Part shown: piece by piece, positions 11,111 through 36,409 of the stretch
How positions within the stretch are numbered: the stretch's first letter is position 1
Layout: the number at the start of each line of letters is the position of its first letter
Source of the DNA: Chrysemys picta bellii
Lineage: Eukaryota
Assembly: GCF_011386835.1 (NCBI RefSeq)
Contig: NC_088815.1
Location: forward strand, 13,082,001-13,146,000
DNA length: 64,000 nt
Direction: 5' to 3'
Notes under the pieces: model-generated
The model's input: the letters and a program-made list of their open reading frames with translations, nothing else
Database searches by the model: none
Told to the model about the DNA's origin: nothing
Made by a program: the position numbers and the translations under genes

Positions 11111-11705
11111 GGGCACCTGAGACGGTGACACACAGCTTAGGAAAAGCCAGCGGCTGCCCGGAGCCCTCGCTTACCCCAGCCAGGTCAGGTTCAAGCTTGC
11201 CATTTGGAAATTGGCATCAGGTTCTCCTAATGGCTCAACGAAACGCCTGGTCCAAGAGTCCCGTCCGAACATGAGCAACGAGATCAGGGCTGTCCACTGG
11301 GAAGGGGTTACGGAGGCAAATCCTGTAGCATTTTTAGCTTTAAAGATGAAACGCCCCCCTCACATACCCCCTAGCGTTTCCAATGAGCATGAGGGGCGAT
11401 TCTTGGGAAGCTGCATTCATGAGGCGTGGCGGGTTCTTGGAGATTCCAGGCAAGATGCAGCAATGCCAGATCTTCCATTAAATCAAAGCACACCCCGGGG
11501 TTACCTGGCTGGGTGGCTTTCTGGCCCTATGATTTGGATACAGAAACAAGAAGCCACACTGGGGACGTCTGTGAAAGTCTAACGCACATTGAGAAGTGCA
11601 TCAGGACTAGGAGGTGGGGCTTGTTACTGTCGAGAGCAAACCCTCCTGGGCCAGCTTTTTGTCTCTGCTCCCAATCTCTCGGCATTGCAGAGAGGCCAGA
11701 CAACC

Positions 11706-12602
<897 letters not shown>

Positions 12603-12699
12603 TCATAAACGGGCATCCTGGAGTGGGCATGAAGAGAATAAGGAGCAAGTGACTTTCCTGCCTGCTGAGATAATGCTGCTGCCCCCCACCCCCAATGAC

Positions 12700-13480
12700 T
12701 AGATATTTACCCTTTATCCCTGCCCCCACAACTCATACTGTATATCCCATGCCCCTATTCCTATACTCCCTGCTCATGTCATATATCCCATGCCCCCATT
12801 CCCACCCCCACATACCCCCAACCCCCATTCCCACCCACCCCCACTCGTACGGCATATGCCCCACCCCTGTTCTCACCCCTGCTCCTACCGTATATCCCCG
12901 CCCCCAACCCCCCGCTCGTACCATATACCCCCTGCTCCCCATTCCCACCCACCCACCCCTCGTGCCGTATATCCCCCGTCCCCGTTCCTACCACATATCC
13001 CCTGCTCCCATTCCCACCCCCCATACCATAAACCTCCATCCCCATTCTCACCCCTGCTCCTACCATATATCCCTGCTCCCAACCCCCCGCTCATACCATA
13101 TACCCCCTGCTCCCCATTCCCACCCACCCACCCCTCGTGCCGTATATCCCCCGTCCCCGTTCCTACCACATATCCCCTGCTCCCATTCCCACCCCCCATA
13201 CCATAAACCTCCATCCCCATTCTCACCCCTGCTCCTACCATATATCCCTGCTCCCAACCCCCCGCTCATACCATATACCCCCTGCTCCCCATTCCCACCC
13301 ACCCCACTCGTGCCGTATATCCCCCACCCCCACTGCATATCCCCTGCCTCCATTCCCACCCCCCATACCATAAACCCCCACCCCCATTCCCACCCCCCCG
13401 CTCATACCGCATATGCCCCGCCCCCCGCTCATACCATATACCCCCTGCTCCCCATTCCCACCCACCCCTCGCCCCAGTCC
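12700..13480. repeat. Complex minisatellite filling C19orf25 intron 1; 30-40 bp subunits arranged in a 175-bp higher-order unit
   Basis: Subunits cccattcccaccc / ccatataccccctgctc. Identical peptide runs in the ORF track recur at a 175-nt offset (13066 vs 13241; 13060 vs 13235). Confidence 0.9.
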
Positions 13481-13539
13481 CCGCTCCCGTTCTTTTCCCC
13501 TCCCCCCAGAACGGACGCGCCCACCCAGACGTTCACCTG

Positions 13540-13720
13540 ATCGCGCCTCACGGCCACCGTATGCTCCGCCCCACCCCCTCCAGCTCAGCGGCGGGCCCCA
13601 CTTCCGGTTCCGCCCCTTTCACGTCACGGCGCCCCGCGCTGCATGATACGCCCCGCCCCGTCCCTCCCTTAAAGGGGCCGCGCTCCTCTTGCTGCAGCCT
13701 GGGGCGGCTGTGACCCAGGG
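13540..13720 (-). promoter_or_regulatory. CpG-island promoter of C19orf25 (ETS/GABP CCGGAAGTG, CRE/E-box-like TCACGTCAC, GC boxes)
   Basis: cacttccggttccgcccc at about 13600-13617, tcacgtcacg at about 13619-13628, high CpG density, donor CAG|GTGAAC at 13537. Confidence 0.7.
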
Positions 13721-13885
13721 GCTGGGAGGCAGATCGGGGGGGCGAAGCGTGACTCAGTCACAGCCCCTAAGACCCCGCCCCCAGCCCGCTCTCTGCCCCC
13801 CACCCTGATCTGGAGCTCGGGGCCACCGCCCACCCTGAGCCCCACATCCCTGGGGCTGTACCCAAATTGTCACAGCAATCCCTGC

Positions 13886-14364
13886 CAGGGCCGGTGCAAG
13901 GAAGTTTTGCGCCCTAGGCGAAACTTCCACCTTGCCCACCCCCCAGCCCTGCGGCAGCTCCCGCCCCTCTGCCCTGAGGCGCCCCCCCCCCCCCCCCCGT
14001 GGCAGCTCCCGGCCCTCTGCCCTGAGGCACCCCCCCACCCCCGGCAGCTCCCCACCCCAGCTCACCTCTGCTCCGCCTCCTCCCCGAGCAGCCGCCCCTG
14101 CTCTCATTCTCCTCCCCTCCCAGGCTTCTGGCGCCAATCAGCTGTTTGACACCGCAAGCCTGGGAGGAGAATTAGAGCTGGGCGGTGTGCTGGGGAGGAG
14201 GCGGAGCAGAGGTGAGCTGGGGTGGGGAGCTGCCGCACGGCTCCCCGGGCCAGAGGGTGGGGAGCTGCCGTGGCGGGGAAATTGGGGGCACCGCTTTTTG
14301 GCACCCCCAAATCTTGGCGCCCTAAGCAACCGCCTAGTTTGCCTTAATGGTAGCACCGTCCCTG
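13886..14364. mobile_element. hAT-type MITE with CAGGGCCGG TIRs and an internal inverted repeat
   Basis: TIRs cagggccggtgc / gcaccgtccctg; TSD atccctgc / gtccctgc (7/8); internal inverted segment at about 14042-14085 vs 14195-14235. Confidence 0.75.
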
Positions 14365-14489
14365 GTCCCTGCATCTCTCCTTCTGCCCCCGTGTTGCATT
14401 GGCATGAAGGGGCGAGCCCTGCCCCAGGGCACACGGGGTGGGAGGAGATGGGCACAGCTGCACTTTGCAGAGAATTACTCAGTGCAGCA

Positions 14490-15342
14490 TGTGGCAATAA
14501 GGGGATAAGATTTGGACCACTAGCGGGAGGAACAAGGCGAGGGGCAGGCGGTGCTGTGCGCAGCGGCCGTGGGCAGGCCTTGAGGCACCATGTTTGACAT
14601 GGGGTCCCTGAGGGTCAGTGGAATGAAGGAGGGGGGAATAGGTGCCGGCCCAAATTCCTGAGGGGTATCAGCTCCTGCGAAAGGTAGCCAGTGCAGGGGT
14701 AGGGAGGAAGAGAGGCAACTGACAACCCCTGGCCTGCAGGCATTTTTAGAGAGGTAGCCTACAATTTAGGGCGGCTGGCAGAGAAGGCTAGAGCAGAGCC
14801 CCCAGAGGCGTGGCAATCGGCCGCTGGGGCGACGAGCGAGTGCCCGAGCAGTGCAGTGTGTAAGGTGCCTCTTTACCCACACAGGGTGGGCGGTGAACTC
14901 TGCGGATGAACCTCTGAAGTCTGGGGCTGCACTGGCCAAAGACAGCAACTGTGAGTGGGTGGGGTGCAGAGAAGGGATGGGCACGTTAAAGGGACTTTTG
15001 GGTTGCTGGACTTAAGACCCTGAGGGGAGAAGGACACTGCCTAACTTACTTGGGGGTGGGGCTTTTGCTCATGGTTTGTGTTTATGAACCCTAGTTGCGG
15101 TGTTTTCCCAAATGAATGCTGAGTTACTTCCCTCCTTTTATTAAAAGTTTTTGCTACACTCAGACTCTGTGCTTGCGAGAGGGGAAGTATTGGCTCTTAG
15201 AGGTGCCCTGGTGGTGGTGTGTAATTGGCCCAGGTCACTGGGTGGGGGCTCAAACCAGGTTTGTGTTGTATTGGTGAAAAGGAACCCCTAGATACTGAAC
15301 CCGGCCCTTGTTGCTGCTGGCGCCACCTGGCAGAAGGGTTAC
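14490..15342 (+). mobile_element. Probable solo LTR (Gypsy/ERV-like); left boundary uncertain
   Basis: Ends in ...gaagggttaca, contains ATTAAA at about 15139 and has LTR-like composition. No convincing TSD found. Confidence 0.45.
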
Positions 15343-15807
15343 ATCATGCTGAGCACCTAGGCAGGGTGGGTGTGTCTATGCAAACAAGATCAGCTGCTGA
15401 AGTCTTTTTGCACAGCTCACCACTAGATGTCAGGGGGACAGTTCCTTCAGACTCCGCTTACACCAATAAACCTGTAGTTCATTCAGTGTCACCCACTGGG
15501 GGCTGGAGTAGGGATACCCACTTGCAGATTTCCTAGAGGGGGTCTGGGTTTATGGAGCCACCATTACCGGGCAGAAAAAAAGTGGTTTAGCCAAAGCGCT
15601 TGAGGTTCAGTCACTCATGAAATCTTGCCGCCTGTCCCAATATCAGCATGTACAGCGCAGCAAAAGCTCTAAGTAGCACCTGCAGCAGCACTATGAACTG
15701 GGTGGGGCAGACGGAGCCTTTTGATACAAGAAGTTGCACGTCCTGTTATGGCAAAACTGCAAGTCACCAGTTGGCACCCAGCCAGCGGCAGCAAGACCTG
15801 CTAAGGT

Positions 15808-16698
15808 CAGGGTGGATAAAAATCCGATTTTTTTTAAATTTAAATCAATTGTGTTGATAAAATGCTTTTTGAGGGAAAAAACAATAGTTTTAATTAAGTT
15901 ACATTATAGCTCAAAGAGATCTCATCATGGAATAGGGATTATAAATTCTAATTCTATAGTAGGAGACAATACATTCATGTAAAGTTTAAGAAAGGTTTTA
16001 TAAATAAGTTCCAATAGTTCATGGATTAGAGACCCACCCTTATGGGGTTCCAGAGCTGCAGATACCAATATTTTAAGTTTCTCATGTTGACCTGGCTGAT
16101 AGTCAATTTTTGTTTTGTTTTTTAAAAACAAAAATTTCATTTAACTACTTTAAACAAAACAAATCTGATTTAAAAAAACATGCACGTTTAACTAAATTAA
16201 AAAAACCTCATATGCTTGTTTTGTTAAAATGTTATATGTTGGCTGTTGAAGGAAAAAAATCCAGAATACATAGCCTTGTAGTTTTAGTTAAATAAAACAA
16301 TTTAAATGTCTGTCTGGTGATGTTCTCCTCCGAATACAGCATGGCAAGAAAATCCTCCAAATATTAATGAGTAACCTGTTGAATTGGAGATATTTATGAA
16401 GTGATTGGGAGGTGAACTATCTGCTTCAATTACCTTTGGTAAATGAAATAACCAAACAATCCTTCATTTTCTGATATAGCTGTAAAACTAATCTGAAAAG
16501 TCTTCAAAATAAATCACTGTTTAAAAATGTATAGTGTGTACCTTCTAAAAATGAAACCTACATCTATCTCTGAGTTGTGAAGAATATGTATTAAGGTTAT
16601 AACAACCAACAAGAATGCACTTTTATGTAGAAATCCATGATTAAATCAAGTTTTTGTGACTAGTGATTTAAATCATGATTTAAATCAAATCCACCCTG
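15808..16698 (+). mobile_element. Internally deleted hAT transposon, same family as 27674-29373
   Basis: TIRs cagggtggat / atccaccctg. AT-rich body closely similar to 27674-27921 and 28711-29373. TSD not preserved. Confidence 0.85.
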
Positions 16699-19600
16699 GG
16701 TTGAAGTAGCAGTAACTCACTAACTTTAAGGGGAGTTACATCCACATTGGAGCAAATTCAGATAATTTCTAAGTTGTTACCCTCAGATGGCTTTTGCTGC
16801 CTGTGTGAAGCAAGCAGATGGCACTCCAGTGACGGAATGACAGCGTCCAATCTCCCTTCTCTGTCTCACGCAGAAGAGCCCAGGGTTGAGGTGCAGTGGC
16901 AGAATGGGGCATCTGTGGTGCTCTGTAGCCCTTCCTCTAAATTGGGGAGGGGGCACTTTCATTGGTCCACCCTCTCCCTTCCCCAGGATTCAGAGTCTGC
17001 GTCAGGAATCAAGTCAAGCATGAAGAGAACAAGCAATGCAAATAAAAGCCATGAACAGAAAGAAGTTATGAGTCACATTCATTCTGTTTCATACAAAATA
17101 AATGGATACAAATGAGAGGGGGGAAAAAAATCATGTTATGAGCAACTATTTTTTTTTTTTAAATAAAAATGCAGCCAGTACATGAACTGCTGTAACTTGA
17201 TGGAGTCACCATGGAGGACAAATGGAAGCCAGTTGCTCCCTGCAGAATTCACAGCTTGTTGAGATTACTTAATCCGATCCTGGCAGGGGGCAAATTAGAT
17301 AAACTAACATTTTATTTTTTGAAAGAGGAGGGAGATCGCCGACACGCTAGAGTTCAGCGCCTGAAGTGTAGAGTGGCAGACGAAGACCAGGTTTTTCCAC
17401 ACTCAAACAGGATTAAGATTTGGTCCAAGTTAAGTTACAGCTGGTTGGTTTAGTGAAGGATGTCAAAGCTAGCAAACGCCCGATGCCAAACCCCTGGAAA
17501 GCAAACATGCCCTGAAAGCATCCTGCTCACAGCACACACCCCACTGGAAGATCCTGCCGTGTCCAGTTCTGGAAGTGAACTGCAGAGCCAACACTTAACC
17601 AGACGGCCAGAACACACGACTGCCAAAGCAGCCTGCTAGGACGCAAGCACAGCTCCAGGGCTGCAGGCTATGGAGCGTGCGCTGCTCACAGGTTGGTGCC
17701 AACGTCCCCTTTCCCACAAAGGCCACCTGTCCCCTATTGCATTCCTGTTGTCTGTGCAAGTCCAAAAACTCCCTCGGGACCCCTTCCTGGAGTTCACTCA
17801 GTGCTGGGATTCAGGCAGAGGCTGCGGGCAGCTGGGGCAGGAGTGGAGAGAAGACTCTGAACTGGTGTGGACGTTTGGTCAGCTATGTAACTGCTCGTAG
17901 GGAAGTGCAAGCAGCGGGTTAAAAAAAAAAAAAAAACCATGAGTCAGCATTTCAAAAGTCAGGCTTACTGCTGCTTTCCTCCTTCAAATGGATTAAAGAT
18001 TTATGAACATTTCTGTGGATTGCAGGATCTCCCTGGAGGCATCAGCTTCATGTGCATGTTAATTCCCCACCTCCGTTGCCCCGTACAGGGCACCGCTGTG
18101 GTTAGTTTTATGATCCCAAAGCGGAGCAGCAACTTCTGCGTTGTTGCTATTGCTAGTGATTGCAGAAGAGTGAATAGTCTGGAACTCCCTCCCCCTGAAG
18201 CCTCGTATGAACATCCTTCTGTTTCAGCCAGCATTGTTTGCAAACCGGCACCTCGCCCGGCTTGGCTGTTTACCTAGAAGGGCCACGGCTACGGAAAGTG
18301 GGGAGCTTGGCCCCTGACTTCAGAGAGAAGCAGCACAAGGCTGGGGTGTGCGAGGGGAAGTGAAGAGCTGACTGCTGTGGGACGCTGGATCCCCGCCTGC
18401 TGAAGTGAAAACTGAACGAGCCAGAGCCAGGAAAAGAACCCGTGAGATGGACAGCTACAGAACCCACTTCCTTCTCCCTTTCGTGCTGTGGTTTATTGCA
18501 AAGGATCCTGTGTTAGGAGGACTGAGGGGCCCAGGGGTGGGGGAACAGGATGGGGGCTTGAAGGCTTTATAGCCAGTGGTAACTGGTGCAGAATCCCCCC
18601 ACCCCCTGAGGGAGTTATACTGCATTATGATTCAACACCTAAGCTCAGGCCACAAAAATACTAGAAGGGCAGGGCTCAGGCTAGCTACAGAGGACTGTCT
18701 CCCCCTCCCCACTCCAATCTGTGCTCTACATCACAAAAACACCAGCAGCCCCCGTGATCTCTAGCGCAGAGCCAACAGCCTTCCTGCAGAATAAAGGCTG
18801 CCTGTAAAACAGGAACTACCAAATTGTGTGTCTATTTGAGATCAGAAGGTCCCACGGTGCCGACTCCCAGCACGTGCTTGGCTGCAATTTTAGATCTGCG
18901 GGAGCTCTTTAGGTTTGGGGAGATCTGGAAGCTGTACTTCTTAGACACCTTGGAGCCAGTTGCTTGCTGTCGCTACTGGCCAGTGTGGTTTCAGACGGGG
19001 AAGGGGATCACCATCTTATTGACGGGTGCCCGTGGGTTACTTCAAGCCTTTGGTTTAGGGAGTTGCAGTGGGAAACTCAGAACAGCCGGCCCCTTGGAGC
19101 TCCGTCCTCACTTGGTCTTGTCAGATTCTAGACTAAGGTTCACTGCTGCTTTGGATGCTACAAGGAGGAAAATAAAGGCAATTAGCACATTGGTCCCCTG
19201 TCACTGGAAGGCCTCCGAGTGATAGAATGATCCCTATAACCTCTGTCTCCACCCTTACTGAGCAAGGGAAGTATTGTCCCCATTTTACAGACCAGGCAGT
19301 GGCGGCACAGAGAAGTGACTTGCCCAAGGTCATAGAGCACATCCATGGCAGAGCCAGCAATAGAGAATCTAGGAGTGCTGCCTCTGGCTTGTGCTCGAAT
19401 CACCAGACAACATTCCTTCCCAGAGCCAGGAATAAAACCCAGGTGCCCCACTTGCTGAGCATTACTCTAACCACTAGGCTCCCCTTTATCCTACCCCCTA
19501 TTCCCTGGGTATTAGGCCCCACAAAACCTGTTATTCCAGTGAAGCAAAGAAGAGAAGACATTGGCAATGTCCTGCCTCGGGTTAAGAAGTCTGTGCTGCT

Positions 19601-19914
19601 CTCACGCTTAGGCAAAACGCTCGGCCCTAACAGGAGGCAGACAAAAGCCTTGCGCTGGCACAGAGGTACCCTTGTGTGCAAGCTTGTGAACTTCTTGGCA
19701 GAGTTCCTACCTAATCCACTTTAGGAGCAGCTAGAGCCCTAGTAATCCAGCTATAACACCACAAACCACTGCATCAGCTTTCCCGGGGGGGTTATCGCTA
19801 GGTGCTCCAGCCCAGACAGGCCAGAGCCAGATTCTCCTCTTTGGGAGCACTGCCCAGTTGAACCCGTGTATTTGACATGCAGCCAGGGGACCAGGGGCTC
19901 GCTAGGCAGAGGGA

Positions 19915-20228
19915 CAGTAGAACCTCAGAGTTACAAACACCTTGGGAATGGCTGTTTGTAACTCTGAGCAAAACATTATAGTGGTTTTCAAAAATTTGCA
20001 ACTGAACATTGATTTAAAACAGCTTTGAGACTGTGCTATACAGAAGAAAAATACTGCTCCCCTCCCTTTTTTTTTTTTTTTTTTTTTTTAGTAGTTTACA
20101 TTTAACAGTACTGTATTTGCTTTTCTTTGGTCTCTGCTGCCGCCTGATTGTGCGCTTCTGGCTCCAAACGAGGCATGGGGTGAACTGGTCAGTTCGTAAC
20201 TCTGGTGTTCAAAACTGAGGTTCTACTG
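19915..20228. mobile_element. Tc1/mariner-pogo (Tigger-like) MITE
   Basis: TIRs cagtagaacctcagagttac / gtaactctgg...ctgaggttctactg. Right flank is TA; left flank reads GA. Confidence 0.7.
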
Positions 20229-20511
20229 TACATGCAGCAGGGGCCTGAAAACCAGAGCTGCGAAGAATTTGCAGCCCACCCCTTGCCCACAGCTGCAGGG
20301 GCGGATCCGTGCCCCTCCCCAAGGGAACTGGAGTGGCAATCTTTGGACCTGCTATTCAACCTAAAGCACCAGCTAGGTCCCATTGTCACCTGAGGCTTTA
20401 CACACGCCCGTCCACCTGCTTTCGAAGTTAACCCTCTCTCAGCCCCTGGGTAGGTTCCTATCTCGGCAGCCATACCTACCACACACTCGGCAGTAACTGG
20501 GCACCTCTCGG

Positions 20512-20686
20512 CGGGGTCTACACTGCACTTAAACCAGCGTCTGGCCTGCCTCAGCTGACTCGGGCTCATGGGGATGTTGAAATGCGATGTAGACATTCGG
20601 GCTGGAGCCTGCAAAGGGGACGGTCCCAGAGCCCGGGCTCCAGCCCAAGCCGGAATCAGCTGACGCAGCCCAGTGTAGACGAACCC
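20512..20686. mobile_element. GTCTACAC-TIR MITE (Harbinger-like family common in turtles)
   Basis: gggtctacactg ... cagtgtagacgaaccc inverted ends. Related fragments at about 3330-3450, 15365-15520, 26490-26730 and 34705-34770. Confidence 0.55.
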
Positions 20687-22829
20687 CAAGTGATTTTCCC
20701 CTCTGGTCTCTTAAGGGGACCAAGCAGGCTTCCCAGCCAGGGACTGCACCCCCCAGCTGGAAGGTGGATCATGGGCTGGGACTGATGCCCCCTGAGAACG
20801 CTCACACTAGGGAGGGCTGCGTTAGCAGAGCTATTTGTGTTGCTGGAACAGAGCGCACAGGGTAATCCAATTCTGGCTAATGCGATTGATGGGTTTAGTG
20901 TGTCCGATGGGCAGCTGGGAACTCCCAGCACCGTCATTTCACACACAGACAGCTGGGGTCAGTTCAAGGGATGAAAGGCAGGGGACGCCCCCCCTTGGGC
21001 GAGTTTTCCTGGCTCAGCCATCCAAGGGGTAGTTTTTTCTTTGCCACAGGCCTTGCGCCGGATCTCAGGCCAGATTAGAGACTCTGCAATTTCCTCTCTC
21101 CCTCCCCTCCAGGGTCACCCCACGATACAGCCCCTGTCTTGGACTTCAGCACCCATCATCTGATGCCCGTTGGGGGTGGAGAAGGCCCTGTTCCCCACAA
21201 GCAGCAGTGCACTGCAGACAGTACCCCAAGTCCTCGTGGTCTCAGGGAGAAACAACCAGACCTTTCTGGAGCAACCCACTCCCCCCAGGGGAGAAACCAC
21301 GTCAGCGCCGTTCCATCCAGCTGGCCTGCCACAGCCATCCCTTTCCCAGGCCCTTGGATTTCACCTTCACCGACAAGTCTCTTGTGGGCCCCTGGAACAT
21401 GACCCCACCCCCAAAACGTGGGTCTCCAGCGTGGCACTGCTCCGCCTGCCAAGACACCAGGCTGGGTCTGAACTGTACTGAAATAGCACGCCGAGGCATT
21501 AACTGCCCAAATACCCTTGGATCTGGGACAGGTGCTACCCAGGAGAGAACAGACATACCAAACCCCACCCAAAAGTATCTACCACCAAGGCATGTATGTG
21601 AATGGACACGAACACCACAGTAATAAGCAAAGGGAAGACAGACTACAGTGCACCCTTCTAGACTGGGAGGTTAAGCTACTCGAGGCCAGGGAGGTGTGGG
21701 AATCTAGAGGACAGATGGACTGTTCTCCACAAGGGAAGGAAGAGAAAGGAGAGTTTAGCATGACCCCCAATGAGGAGATTTTCCTCCAGCATCACCAGCT
21801 TCCTCAAGAAACCACAAGGGTTTTCAATCCAAGTACGTTTATCGAGGACCAGCAGGACAGCCCCATCACTGACTCCTGTTGGAGAAATAAGATCTCCACG
21901 GTCATGCAAATCTGCATAAGTTACCCATAATGCTCTGGGCTGCAATCACATGTCACAAGCTTGCTGCTAAGCATACTCAAGTTACGTTTTTGGGGTTAGC
22001 AATAGTTATGGTGGTTGTACAGAGGCAACCTGTTAATCAGTCGGTGACCAGAGAGGAGAGAGCACATGTTCACCCCAGCACCTTCCTCTAGCTGTTTTGC
22101 ACGAACTCAGCATGACTTTGACAGCTGCAAAGACTGTTGCCATCTCCATTGGCCCCCCAGAGCAGATGGAGCCCTGGTAGAACTTGGCTTCCTGACACTG
22201 CGACTACTGGTGTACCTCAACCCTACTACTGAGCGACCCTTGTTTGGGGCCGGAGGGGGAGGTTTCTTTCCCTGTCTGCCAAGGCTGCCAGCCGGAGGGC
22301 CAATACAGTGGGTGGTTTTTGTATTGAGCACAATGCAGGAATTACTGGGTGACTGTCGGGCTTGTGTTATGCTGGGGATCAGATTAGTTTGGCAATGGTC
22401 CCTCTGGCTTTAAAAATCTAGGGGGGGGGGGGGGGAGGAATCCACTGGCAACTAGATAGTAGCCACCAAAATAAGAAGGCCCCTGAAGACAGGTTCTGGT
22501 CCGTACTGATCTTCAGCTGGATTTGAACCATCCATTGGAGAGGCTCTAGGGCCAATTAAGAAGTCCTTGAGCCATCACTGCACCTCCCGCCCCCGGACTC
22601 CCAAATTCTAGCAGCCACGGGGACAGGAGATAAAGCAGCATCTTCAACCAAGACCATGCTATGGGGCTTTGCTCCAAACAGCACCAAGATTTGAACTGGC
22701 TGCCTTTAAAACCCAAGAGCGAGTGTCCTGGTCCAGCCCACACTGACGTGCGTATGTGTGTGTGCATGTGGGGAAGTCATGCTAAACGGACCTTTGCTCC
22801 ATGGGTGAACGACATGAGTTATTACATAC

Positions 22830-36405
<13,576 letters not shown>

Positions 36406-36409
36406 GGCT

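Noticed and set aside
12695-13540. 281-aa Pro/His/Tyr-rich + strand ORF and overlapping Gly-rich - strand ORFs, superficially keratin-associated or extensin-like
   Set aside because: Arise from the stop-poor minisatellite in C19orf25 intron 1; open in several frames on both strands.
20189-20245. Phase-1 acceptor and short ORF (PCCMYSRTSVLNTRVTN*) as REEP6 last exon
   Set aside because: The sequence is mostly the TIR (terminal inverted repeat) of a Tc1/pogo MITE.
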